Source: Bigelowiella natans CCMP2755
Taxonomy: Eukaryota > Protista > Cercozoa
Direction: 5' to 3'
NCBI GenBank assembly: GCA_000320545.1
Contig: ADNK01000443.1
Coordinates: 8,578-72,577, forward strand
Length of the DNA: 64,000 nucleotides
Below are positions 1 to 12,900 of the stretch, one piece after another; positions within the stretch are counted from its first letter, which is position 1; the number at the start of each line of letters is the position of its first letter. The translations under genes and the position numbers were made by a program. A model generated the notes under the pieces. It searched no databases. It saw only the letters and a list, made by a program, of their open reading frames with translations, and was not told the origin of the DNA.

Positions 1-458
1 ACCAGAGACTCTTGTACTTTCAAGCGGGATTCATTCTTCCTTTACTCATAATTTATTTCCTCGCTTTAGCCGGTCTCAACACGATAGTCGGAAACCTGAC
101 GTGGAAGGAATACATTGACGATGCTGCGTCCGAATACATACCTGCACAGGATGTTTTCCTTTATCTTGCGTTGGGAATCAACGCCTACTCTGTGTTCTAC
201 TTGCATGGGCTTTCAATCTCAAAATTTTCAAGAACCAGGAACGCCGAAAGCAGCGTACAGCCAAATACAAATTTGGAGGCAGGGACAGTTGTGAACGCCA
301 CGAATGCCCAGGTTGATGAAGAGATGAAAGAAGACACGAATAAACACTACGAGCTCAAAATCTTGCAGTCCAAAGGTCATTCGCAGACAGTGCTATCAAC
401 TTCCGCAACGGAAAAGAAAGGGGTCGCCAGGCCTCCAAAAAAGACAATCGGCAGATGA
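1..458 (+). CDS. 3' end of a multi-pass membrane protein (5' part outside window)
   Basis: Open frame from the window edge to TGA at 456-458. Two hydrophobic segments (FILPLLIIYFLALAGL; VFLYLALGINAYSVFYL) are followed by a polar S/T/K-rich tail. Confidence 0.55.
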   Translation, partial: QRLLYFQAGFILPLLIIYFLALAGLNTIVGNLTWKEYIDDAASEYIPAQDVFLYLALGINAYSVFYLHGLSISKFSRTRNAESSVQPNTNLEAGTVVNATNAQVDEEMKEDTNKHYELKILQSKGHSQTVLSTSATEKKGVARPPKKTIGR

Positions 459-1021
459 AACGAGAAGAAATCCTCTGTGACTCAAGGGTCAATTTTTTGA
501 GTCTCCCATTATTTTTGTGCTCTGAGGCCCCGATGCACATCATCCATTTTTCAGTAGTGCAATTGAGTGACAACCAAATGCCTTTACTTTCTTTTTTAAC
601 CATCAAAGATAAATGAACTTGAGCTAAACCAGCATGGGTGCATGGACTGGTTGAGAGCGCAATCTAGCAATGCTAGCTAGCTAGTGTGGGTGGGTGTCAT
701 GCAGCAGTTAATGGAATGTCGATCCCCATGGGCGTGCGGCTGCTTCAGTGCGTTTGGCCAGCAGCATTCTGCGGACAGGACTTCGATGCGTAGCACTGTA
801 ACGTGCCACACACCTAAACATGTGCGTACACTGTCGCGTGCATCATGCTCATGTGATCAATGACATACCTCTAAACCCATGCATGTTGGACACGCTAGCT
901 AGCTAGCATGAAAATGCACTTGTAACATCCGGCGTGAGGTTACTTTTTACTCGGGCATAACAATTTGTGCGCGTGCATGCATTTCCCATGAAACATCATT
1001 GAGCGTAACGAAGCTATCTAG

Positions 1022-2759
1022 CTATTCATTTTCATTCTTACCATCGTGACTGTGCACCCCTAAAGCCCAGTTGGCAACCAAATCCATTACCTCCTCTGCC
1101 ACATGGCCTGGCCTGCCTACGGCTGATATAGTGTTGAAATGATTCAGACCCATGACGACTTTTCGCCTGACATGGACACCATTTTTCTCAAGAATCCGTT
1201 CGAAGTCTACGGCGTGTTCATCTAATCCCCTGAAATATAAAATCGAAACCGGTGTCAGATGGAATCTCGCTCTTTGTCCCTTCCCCCCTCCCCCCTCCCT
1301 TTTCATCTCTCACCAATCTCGTTCCACTGTGAGGAGCAGGACTGGTGGAATCTCATGCAACTTTTCCTTCTCTTCTGCACCGCCCACTCCTTTTCGTCTT
1401 CGCAAAGGAGTCTGAGGCTCGCCTTCCCCCGCCCTTTTCTGTTTTCCTAGCTCCTCCAGCCGCTGAACGGCGAAGCTCTGCGACCATTTGCTGCGGTGGC
1501 CAAAGACTGGGTGTAGATAGAACGTCTGGAGCAAGCATGACTCGGTCATTCGAGTAGCATTGTAAGGGCCTATTAATAATGACCCAAAGAATTTGATGTC
1601 GGAAGAAAGACAACTGGCCGATGCTCATCGATCATAATCTAGGATCAACGAGGGCGAGGAGGAAGTGGGAGATGATGATGAAGAATGTAACGCTAAAAAT
1701 TCAAGAAGCGTCACTTCTGCGTTAGAGGCAGGCGAAGAAAATTCAATGAGAGTCCACATCCGATGTATGTCGCAATCCCGTTATTCTCTCTCAACTCCTT
1801 ATGCAGAAGAGAGAATACGAAAACATAGATTGTATTGAAAGTGATGTTCAAACCACAAAAAAGACTAATGATTTAGCTACTTCTATTACCAGCAGCAATA
1901 GCAACGCAACTACCACCTACCAGATATGGCCACCAAGCCAGCAAGCTGTCCTGGCGAAGGGCCCGACACCTCCTTAAGATATTCTGGTTCCACCATCAGC
2001 ATTGAGCATATATGGGCCCCTACGAAACGGAGATTGATCGCCCGTATTGAACGACAAGGGTTCCATAAGAAATATGTGGTGCTGTTTGGCTACTGTTTTC
2101 TAATGTGGAAAAATAGGAAGGAGGGGAAGGAGGAGGAATAACAGCAGTAACATTGCCGTTGCAGTTCCTATGTTTTGTGAAATCGATTATAATACTCCTT
2201 ATCACCGTTCTCAAAATGAGAGAACATATATTCAGCTCGTACAACAATCGACCTGCCGAATGCCCAACCAGCGTTATGTTGTCAGGATCGCCGCCAAATT
2301 TGGCCGCGTTCAACCGTACCCAAGCAACAGCTCGAGCCACGTCTTGAGTGTGAGCAGGATGCTCCACTCCAGGAGATAATCTATAATATGCAGCATTTAT
2401 ATTAATTATAAATTGCACTTGCGGGGGTATTTGCAGGCCCGGTTGATGTATGATTTGCTGGAGAAAGGAAACATTTCTCCGTAACCCTCAATGTAAAGTA
2501 TGGTTTGTGGCAATTGACGAGCACCTACGACGGACTATTGCTGACACCCCAATGGATGCCGCAGAGAGGAAGAACGTCATCCAGTTTCGCAACTCGGGCA
2601 CGAAGGAGACCAATAATGACGCAAGAAGGCCAATCACCAGCGCGTGGTCTATCATAAGCTGAACCTAATCATTGTCGAGACAACGGCATTATTACCAGCA
2701 CTTTCGCATGGAAACACATTCGCTTTCACAATGGATGAACAGAAACTTTAACATAAGAA

Positions 2760-2821
<62 letters not shown>

Positions 2822-3424
2822 GAGTGAGAGAATTATTCTGGGAATGGATACATACTTCAGATGGTGTCGTTAATCTATAAGACGGGATGAATGTCACCGC
2901 CCCTCGCTTCGCAAAAGCTCTTCCCACGTTTTGATGCACACCCGTGAATCTGCTCGATATTATTATTTGGTTTCTAACTTCACTATGTTGTGTGAAAGGC
3001 AAAGGAGCCAAGAACGAGAGAATGTCAAAATACTACACGAAGTCACCTATTTCTCTTCGAAAACCGTTTCCATCCCCCGCCATGAACGAAAATAATGCAT
3101 GGTTTCAGCTTGCCGTTCGGAACGGATTTCCATATTGTCTCGCTCGGGACATACACATCGAGTTTGTGGCGGGAGGTCCGAGCGAACGGATCCGGATGGT
3201 AAAACTGCGAATATTTTTAGGGGGAATGGCTCGAATTAGTTCAAGCCATACAAACACGACCATTTATCGCTGGTGGTGCTTACAATGTCTTCGTGTTCAA
3301 CGACGAACTCGTCGTTCGTTCTGTGGCCAATCAATTTGTGCCATAGCCTTTGGTGTAGTGGCGCAGCACTCCCAGTGCTCTCCATCATTCCAGCGACATC
3401 CACAGGATTTGCCATGGACCTCAT
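1022..3424 (-). CDS. Alpha/beta hydrolase, HSL-like (HGGG type; kynurenine formamidase/ICME-like), about 8 exons
   Basis: Spliced motifs in order: KLDVYVP, IIFVHGGGWKR, IPSYRL, HPAHTQDVARAVAWV, GGDPDNITLVGHSAGAH (nucleophile Ser), ERD (Asp), GLNHF (His). GT-AG junctions keep frame; stop at 1022. Confidence 0.85.
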
Positions 3425-4023
3425 GGTCCCCTTCCTACCTTCCTACGGCAGCAAGCAACCAGAGAGGAAGACACGTCTGCTGTGTGCTTATAGCAAGCGA
3501 CTCTCCAATTCAATACCTGCGACAACCGACTTCCATCGTAAACGTATGCCGTTTTAATCATATAAAAGCGTACATTTGTCGTGGTTTAAGACACAGCGAC
3601 TTGGAGATGGAGCGGTAGGTAGGTAGTCGTTGTGGAGGGATTGTCGCAGGTGATTATTGCATGGGATTTGACACTCGTCACGTCGTCGGTTTCGGCCTTA
3701 CCGTTTTGGAGGATATTCGGCCTAACCACCCCTCGAAGAAAACCCACGAAACGCAACATAGAGATTATCTTGGCCCCTCGGCCGCCCACGAAACGAGTCC
3801 TCCTCTCTCCACAATTTCGAACACATATTTATGTACATGCTGGTTGTGGGTAGGTTTAGGAGAGCAGTGGTGTGATGTTATCATCAGCCGGTGACAACTG
3901 TATTAAAGCCAATAACCCCCTCAGATATTTGCTGCCTCCAAGTTTCCCTCGCCTTTCTAGCTTCCACACCTCACTATTTCTATTAAATAACATTCGTTCT
4001 GATGTATGTATTCACTCTCAGAA

Positions 4024-4214
4024 ATGAGCGCATCTGGGGAGGTTGCAAAGGGTGAGCCCGAGAAAAAGGAGGGGGAGATAGAACCTTTCGAGTTCGAGGA
4101 TGAATTGTATGAGGAAAACCCGTTCACGGAGCAATGGGACCCTTCCATGTAAGAAGTTCATCAATTTAGTTGTATCGTAGAAATGTTATGATATAAATAC
4201 ACACATACATTCAT

Positions 4215-4270
<56 letters not shown>

Positions 4271-7200
4271 AACATATATGTATATGAAATTATACGTGTG
4301 TGTTGGTGGGATGAAGTGTAAACACACGTGTGCATACATCTAAAATACATTTGACTAGATTCTGTGATATATCCTACTTAAACTTTCAAATGTGGTACGT
4401 AACTGCTAGGTACACGGAAGAAAATAAGACGAAACGTAAGTCTCTTCGAAACGACCCAAACGTTAGAAAAAGGTCAGTGTTCATATTTTGGTCTCAGGAG
4501 TAGGCCTGACATTTCATTGCTTGTTTTTTCAGCATCCAAAAATTTTGGAAGTTGCTTGAAATGAATAACGAGGGAAAACTTACTAAAAAGGTTGGTACTT
4601 CTTCCTGTTTATATCATGATAATAATCAACGATCTCTCTCTTTCCTCCTCTCATCGGTATAAATATATAATCAGGGATACGAGGAGCTATTTGTTCGAAT
4701 CTGCAAGGTCATAAGACCAAACTTTGAGTTGAAGCAGGCGAAGAAGGCTGTTAGTGACGACTTCGAAAGAGATGCACAGGGAGCCGATTCGCTTTCCTAC
4801 GAAGTCTTCTTTGAATCGATGTTTGAGTTGGTGGATCTTTGGTATGAATTTAATTAAACCAACATATTCGTCGAACTTAATTATATCAATATATTCGTCC
4901 CCTACCCAACTACACTCTTCCCCCACGCAATGTATTGTTCCTACAAGCTATGTTTCCCCTCATCTAGATTACGTGATGACCCATGTTGTACCGCAAACAG
5001 GACGGTGGACATCGATGCCAGCGAGTATGAGAACTTCCTTGACAAAGTCTTCATGCGCATGACGATTCTTACCCGAACTAACAGTCTTACAGGCGAGACC
5101 ATGGCGGTAAGTCAAAATGGTTCAACATGCGGGAGGCAAGGATAAGTGGGATCAAGGGAAGGGAGGGGAAAGGAACAACGGAGGGATAGAGATGGTTTTA
5201 CGTTATCAGCATATTCTCAACCCCGTTTTCCCACGCAATATATAGATGAGCCCAAAGTCGCAGGTTGCAAATAAGAGAAGGGAGGAAGCTCGAAATAAAA
5301 AGCCACTTCCACAGCCGAGGATTGTTACAAAGAAGAAGCCTGAGAAGGTCAGTCAATCGATGTATAATTGAAGGTAGATACGTTAATTCCAACCATTCTT
5401 TCTGCTAGGCTGTGGAGAAAAATAAGAAAACGGAGGAAGTCCTTTCCAAAGAGGCCAAAGAGGAGAAGGGGAAGAAAGTGGGAGGAACAAAAGACGAATC
5501 CAAGGAGGAAGTGAAGACTGAGGCTAAAATTGGCGCTGCAGACGGGGAAGCCACAAAGAGTGGGGACGAAACTGTTAAGAAACAAATGGACGAAAACAAG
5601 GAGGAGGTTAAGAAGGAGGAAGTTGGGGAGGAGGAAGTTAAGAAGGAGGAAGTTAAGAAGGAGGAAGTTAAGGAGGAGGAAGCTAAGAAGGAGGAAGCTA
5701 AGGAGGAGGAAGCTAAGAAGGAGAAAGTCAAGGAGGAGGAAGTTAAGAAGGAGGAAGTTAAGGAGGAGGAAGTTAAGAAGGAGGAAGCTAAGGAGAAGGA
5801 AGTTAAGAAGGAGGAAGTAGAAGCTAAGAAGGAGGAAGCTAAGAAGGAGGACGAAGAGGTGAAGAAAGAGGAAGAAGAAGTTAAGAAGGAGGACGAAGAG
5901 GTAAAGAAAGAGGAAGAAGAAGTTAAGAAGGAGGAAGAAGAAGTAAAGAAAGAGGAAGAAGAAGTAAAGAAAGAGGAAGAAGAAGTAAAGAAAGAGGAAG
6001 AAGAAGTAAAGAAAGAGGAAGAAGAAGTAAAGAAAGAGGAAGAAGAAGCAAAGAAGGAGGAAGAAGAGGTAAAGAAGGAGGAAGAAGAGACAAAGAAGGA
6101 GGAAGAAGAGACAAAGAAGGAGGAAGTCGAGAAGCAGGAAGTAAAGGAGAGAGAAGAGGTAAAGAAGGAGGAAGAAGAGACAAAGAAGGAGGAAGAAGTG
6201 AAGACGGAAGTGAAGGAGGAAGAAGAGGTAAAGAAGGAGGAAGACGTAGAGGAGAAGGTTGAGAAGCAGAAAAAGGAGGAGGAAGAAAAGAAGGACGAAA
6301 TTGGGAAAGAAGAATCGAAGGTAGAACTTAAAAAGGAAGAGGAGGAAGAAGTGAAAACGGAAGAAGTGAAGAAAGAAGATATCGACTCTACAGCTGAGAA
6401 GGCGAAGAAAGAAGCCAAAGAAGCCGGAACTAGTGATGAAGCTACCATTACAGAGGCAAAAAAAGAGGCAAAGAAGGAGGAGACGAAGAAAGAGGAGGTT
6501 AAAGCGGTCAAGACGGATGGCGTGAAGACAAATGAAGAGAATGAGGATGAGGGGGAGGGAGCAAAGGAAAAAAAGGAGAAGAAAGTGGTGGAGGAAAAGG
6601 GCGAAAAATCCCACATTATCGTCACGCACAAGATCGCTCCGTACGAATGCACTCACCCCAAAATACAACATAATATTTGTCCGCTGGAATTTAACATAAT
6701 CTTCACTACATAGGCTGGATGATGTCATCCACCTAGAGGACGAAGGGAAAAAATCTGGCAGAGAGGGAGAAGAGAAGGAGATCTCTGTCTTCGAGAAAAA
6801 GAAACAGGTTTTTCTCGCTTTTTCAAACAGACTGCGCGTGCACACGCATAAACACAGCAAAAAACAGAGAGCAGGGAGTCAGTTAAAAGAACTTAATCAT
6901 AATCATTACCATCCAGGGAAGCGGTGAGAGCAGCAGCAGTAAACCAGTGGAGAAGAGACCACAGCAGCCACACATGTCCACTGGATTAAAGAAGAGTGGG
7001 ACCTGGGGCTCCATGCTTGATTTAAACTCCATAGCGAGGCCAACATTTGAGACAGATCTTGTCGTCTCTGATGACGCAGAGGAAGCGAAAAATCAAGACA
7101 TCAACAAATTCGGCCTTGTACACTACCGGGAAAAAGCTGTTGTGGGCGGCGGAGAGGTATTTGATTCTTTGCTCTCGAAGAAGAAGAACGATGAGATTAC

Positions 7201-7878
7201 AGAAACTATGCAATTTGTTGTGATAAAGAGCGGTGAGACATTGAAGGCGCATGAAATGATGAAAGGATGAACGTGTGCATTCCTCTTGCTTCTTCGCTTG
7301 GCGTCATCTTTTCCTGCTACTATCAATATCCCTCCTATGTTCCAGGTCCGAGCTTCCCATCCGATGTCGCTGGCCATAGTCGGCACTCCTGGTTTAGGAA
7401 TCGATTCTTTGGCAAACGAAGTGGCTTCTGAGCTAGGTCTTTTTCCAAATCGCACGCGACTGCAGCCATCCCTCTCCCACGCATTGAGCGGTGTCACTTA
7501 ATTCCAAAGTGGTAGAAAATGACGTCGAACGACTCCACCTTATCATCTGTATTACTTTTGTTTTCCAATCCTACACGTATAGCTCTCGAAAGAATAAACC
7601 TTGCAAAGCTGAAGGCGCATGCAGAGGAGATGAAGGACTCTCATCCGGAATTGAAAAAGGCGATGGAAGGGATCGAAGCTGACCCACTGGGAAATGGCCA
7701 GCATCTATCTACTGTCTTGGCATCTCTTCGCAAGGTAATAGATTGTCGAGCCAGTATGCTAGATCCCAGTGCACGCATTATTAACGGCGAAATGACATCG
7801 GTGCCAACTGTTCCCTTTTTCTTTTTTTAAAAAAATTGTGTGTCGAGCATTTTGAAATTTGCTAAAATATTGGGCGCG

Positions 7879-7916
<38 letters not shown>

Positions 7917-8376
7917 TGTGGTGTGTGTTTGAGCGTATAATTTATATTGTTAAATATATAAATACGCATAAATAGTTTCTGAAAAGTAAACGAATGTTTT
8001 CGTGATTTTCATGAAGGTATCCCAAGCAGTGCAATACCGTGGGTATTTGATAGATTCCGCAGCGCTACCTATATCTGCCCTCGAAGCACCTCTCTTGGGA
8101 AGTATGGGAGATGGTGACAGTGGCAACAACGATCCTGTCGAGTTTGTTGTGGTTCTTCCGGCTCGAAAGGGAACTGAACTGGAGGAGAAGGCAGGATGGA
8201 CAGCGAAAGCCGAGGAGGAGTTTACCCGTGCTCTAAAGCATCTTTACCCGAAGTTGGAAGAGCAATATGCGCAAAGAAAGCTCAAGGTATGTGTGTGTGT
8301 GAGAGAGAGAGGGGGGGGGAGGGGGGAGTCGAGGCATGCGATCGAAGAACTATCTTTCGTCCTACTCTCATCTATC

Positions 8377-8409
<33 letters not shown>

Positions 8410-9256
8410 CAGTTGCTTAGCATGGAGCCTGTAGGACTGCCTACAGACCAGTCTGCCGTGATCGACGCGATCAATGAGGTAGAAAAAAGCAACACCAGGA
8501 TATGCGCAAAATCCTGCATGTGTGGGGTGATGATAGTGATGGAGACGAAGGAGAAGGGAAAGATCGTAGGAACAACCTAGTCGTCGTGGTTCCGGTCTGA
8601 CTTCGGTTTCACATGAAATGCAGGCGATGATTCATGTGCTTCTAGAATAGAATCAAGGAAGGCATCTATGATATACCATCGTGCTCAGATACATCCTCTA
8701 ATAACTGTACACCAAGACAGATATGATGTGTTCGCTTTGAAACTTTTTTTCCGGTGTGCTAACGAGTACATAATTATTGCTTTGAATTTATCCAATATAG
8801 TTGGTCGGATTCTGCCGGTTTCGCGAGGCAGTGACGGTAAGACCTATCGCTTCTATTGCAAAAGCTGAAAAAGAAGGAGTTGGGGATGCTGATGATGCCG
8901 GAAAGGACGGAAAGAAGGAGGATGTCACTGACACAACGCTAACGTCTTCTGAGGAGGAAGGGGAGACGGCGAAGAAACTCACCAAAGCTCTTTTTACAGC
9001 CCTTGGTTATAATCCCACCGGCCACGGGGGCGACAGCAACGGCGATAATAGCGCGGTCGGCAATGAGAATAGCAAGGAGAAAAGTATTAGCACTGACCTA
9101 CTTGAGCAGAATCTTGATGTGGAGCTGCGGTTTGGTGCTTGGGGGCAGTTCTGTCCTGTAACGCTCAAAGAGAAGGGGATATTAGTAAAAGGAGACGCAA
9201 AACGATACGCTGCTGCTTTCAACGGAACGCTTTACGCCATGGTCAAAAGTGGCTTT

Positions 9257-9291
<35 letters not shown>

Positions 9292-9385
9292 AAAAAAAAT
9301 GCTTGCCATCGTTCTAAACATGCTATGTGCTTTGTCTCTCTTTTTTCTGCCTGTCTAACACCCATACCTTGAAAATATATATATA

Positions 9386-9429
<44 letters not shown>

Positions 9430-9928
9430 CAACATGAGTATGTGTGTGTTTGTCTACGTATTTATCTCTTCCCCTTTCTTCTCTATATTTTGTTATTCAG
9501 GTGGGCGAGAAAGAAAGAATAAAGTTCGTGAACAATCCGACCCGCTACATAACCGCTAGCGGACCGTCGTTGCCAAAGAAGGGCTATGTCGTTGCACTTG
9601 CAAGCTCCTCGGAGGCCCAGCAAGAAGAGGTCAAGAAGCATGCAGATCTGGCGGCGAAGGAGTATGGGTGGAAATCTTACAATTCTATTGAGGAAGCTGC
9701 GAAGGAAGCTGAAAAAGAAGGAGACCACAGCCAGATATCAAGTGGAGTTATCGTGATTGAGGGCAAAGAGGGTGTAGAGGCCCTTTCTGCTAAAGGCGTC
9801 GTTCCTTCCATCGTCGTAGCTCTGGAGGAGAGGAAGGAGAAGAAGAAGAAGGAGGTTGTATCAGCGCAAAGGCTTGGAGTGCTTTCAAATTAAATTGCAG
9901 ATTTGGCTTCCTTTCCTATTATTCTTCT

Positions 9929-9971
<43 letters not shown>

Positions 9972-12900
9972 CTTTTCTCTACACCCCTTCCCCATATATG
10001 TATGAATTTTTATGCCCCCCAAAAGAAAATCAAACGTGTTATCTAAAATAGGATGCAGAGGCGGGAGAGGGGGCTGATTTACTCTCGAATGCAGTGAGAG
10101 CCGCAGGAACTAAGTAAGAAGATGGCTCGCAATCTTTCGCTTTTTTAAACTTCAAAATAAGAAACTCGGGGCGAAAATATCCAATAATATAATTTATAAA
10201 AACGAAAAATAAACTGCCGAATAGCTTTCACATGGTAAACTGAAACATAATTTCATAAGAAACACAAATTTAAGGAATTGTGCGCACCCTTTTCAAGTAT
10301 TTGAGTGATTATTACCTCAGTTTAAGATTCTATCTTGATATTGTGTTGTGGATGCGTACGCTAGATTCGCAAAGGTAATTGTCCAGAAACAGAAGGAGGA
10401 AGAGAGCAGCAAGGGCAAAGAACAGGTTGAATAACCTTTTCCCTCTCCATGATTCCTCTATGAATCTGTAAGTAGAAGTGTATTGTTTCTAATATGTACG
10501 CGCACGCGTGTGTGTGTTTGCACATTCCCTACCCATTCCCCTAGGCATTTGAAGTTGCACACAAGGAGATCTTGATCAATTTGGACCCTCTGCTACGCCG
10601 TGCAATTGGCTCAAAGCAGCCGGAAGTTGCTGTCCAGAATAGAGACAGCAGCAGTGACAGCAGCAGCAGTAGCAGTAGTTTGATAAAGGCCCTCGGGTTC
10701 GGAGGGCGAGCGTATTGCCCGGTTGCTCTTATTGAGCGCAAAGCTCTTGTCCCTGGTGCTGGTGCTGGGGGTAGTAGCGAAGACGGTGAGAGCAAAGGCG
10801 GCAAGCTAGCGGATGTGGAGGCTGGGGGCGTTGTCTATTCTTGCGCGGACAAGGAATCTGCTGAAAAACTGCGCTCCGACCCTGGGAAATTCGAGCTCGA
10901 AAGGGACCCAACTATCGGCTTTAATGTAACGATCAACGAAAGAACCAAAACAATTTTTTTTCCCCCCGTATTATACCTGAGAGGAGGGGGGCTCAGATGG
11001 AAGAGCGATGATGAAATAAAAAGCGATGGTTAGTAAAGCAGATACGACAAAGATATTTCCTTTTCCCCCTACCGTTACAGTTTTCAGCTTTCTTCTCCGT
11101 CTCCCTCAGATTGTCATCATCGATTATTTGTGTTCCTTCCATGAATAGTTTGAGGATCCTCGCGTGCTTGTCGTTGGCCCGCCTGGCGCTGGGAAAAGAA
11201 CCGTTGCAGACGGAATGGCTCGCGAACTGACTCATCTCGGTGTCGAAGACATCGAGGTCAAATCAATCAAAAAATTGCTCTTAAAGCCTCTCCGAGAGCG
11301 CGTACGCGCAGACCTGCAGAAGCATCTGAGTGATGGCAAGAAGGAGCGAGCGAAGCTTCTTGCATTCTGCGAGGAGAAATCGAACCTCAACGACGACGTG
11401 CTAGAAAGCATTGATGAGGCGTATAAGACCATAAATGGTGAGGAAGAAAATGGGGGCTCTATGTCATTTGCCGACGCTCTGACAAAGTCGATGAAAGTCG
11501 TCAGGCAGAATCTGGGCCAGCAGAGGAAGTAAGAATCTTTAAGAAACTTCAATATTATTTCTTTCCCCCTACTTTTGCCGGATGTCCGTCGGATATTACG
11601 TTCTGCCACCATACCCATCTCTTCTTGACTCTTACCTCTGTGAAATAACTGTGATTGAAATAGATCAAAAGGCATACACATCAACATATTATGTATAATA
11701 TTAGTTACATTTTTTACTCATTTATGTGTGATATACATATTCTTGTTAACCCTTGGGATCTGATTCATTATTCTTTTCTTTCCTGCCTCCCTTTTCATCT
11801 CCTTCCTCTTTCTTCTCGGATCTAGGGGGTGGATCGCTGCACTGGACGTGTACCACCCAGGCGCCGAAAAGGCAATCCGAAACGGTCTCCTTGGGGGCAA
11901 GGAGGCTGGTATTCCGCACCTCATTATCAACATAAATTGCAGCAAGGATGCTTCTCAGGAACGCTTCTTGCGCTACGAAGGCACGGAAATTGAAAAGAAA
12001 GTGACCAAGACCATCGAAATGCTCTCGGTGCAGCATGATGTAGCTGTGCAGGAAGCGCGAGACAAGCAGAGAGCCAAAGGAACCGTGACGAAGGAAGACG
12101 TTGAAGAAGTCTTCAAGAAGTAATATATGAAGAGACGATTGTAATCAGAACTTGTATGAGGCTGAGGAAAAGAAGGAGGGGGTGGAGAGTTTAATTAGGA
12201 TTTTAATGTTCAAATTTACACTTTTTACATTCTCATCCCGAACACAGACGCACGCAGATACACACATATACCTTTACAGACGTGCTTGTACGTGTACACT
12301 TGTGTGGCCAGTCACCGATAGAATTTCTCAAATTTTGACCAAAGAAGCAGCAATATCGTGATAACACACAGCTTTTGGATGATTACTAAGCCCTTTCTTT
12401 CGACTATGCTACTCGTAGAAATGGGATCGCCGTGATGACAGAAGAGAAGTGCGAGGAACTCGCAAAGATAATATCAGTAGATCCCAAAGACGAGGCGGTG
12501 GAAACTCGCCGTGAGCGTCTCGAAAAGGAGCACAGCTGTTTCAAAGGTACAACTACCTTCTTCACTATGTTGCGTCTTTTTTTGCTTTTTTCTATATCTC
12601 CGTGCCGCAAAAAGTGAAGCATACAGTAACCAGATTTTAATCATCAGACGTCATGTCCGAATTACGCGTCGCCGAAGAGAAGAAAATGGAGGAGGAGCTC
12701 AAGAAGGAGAGTGTGAAGCTGTTCGCTGCCGCGGACATCCTGCTGCCTAAATTGGTTGCTCCGATCTCCCGCTATCCAAAGCTTCCCGAAACACTCGATG
12801 GCACGATGCCGGACGCCATGCTTACGATGAAGGGGATGAACATCGCGCGCGAGTTGATGCGTGCGAGGAGAGCTGGGTTCTCCCCTCCACAGCCCGTTAC

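Noticed and set aside
5598-6250. Regular repeats as a possible CRISPR array
   Set aside because: No unique spacers; an in-frame coding repeat in a eukaryotic gene.
5349-6860. Long Leu/Phe-rich and Ser/Phe-rich minus-strand ORFs, and an Arg/Lys-rich frame at 5530-5820
   Set aside because: Shadow frames of the E/K coding repeat.
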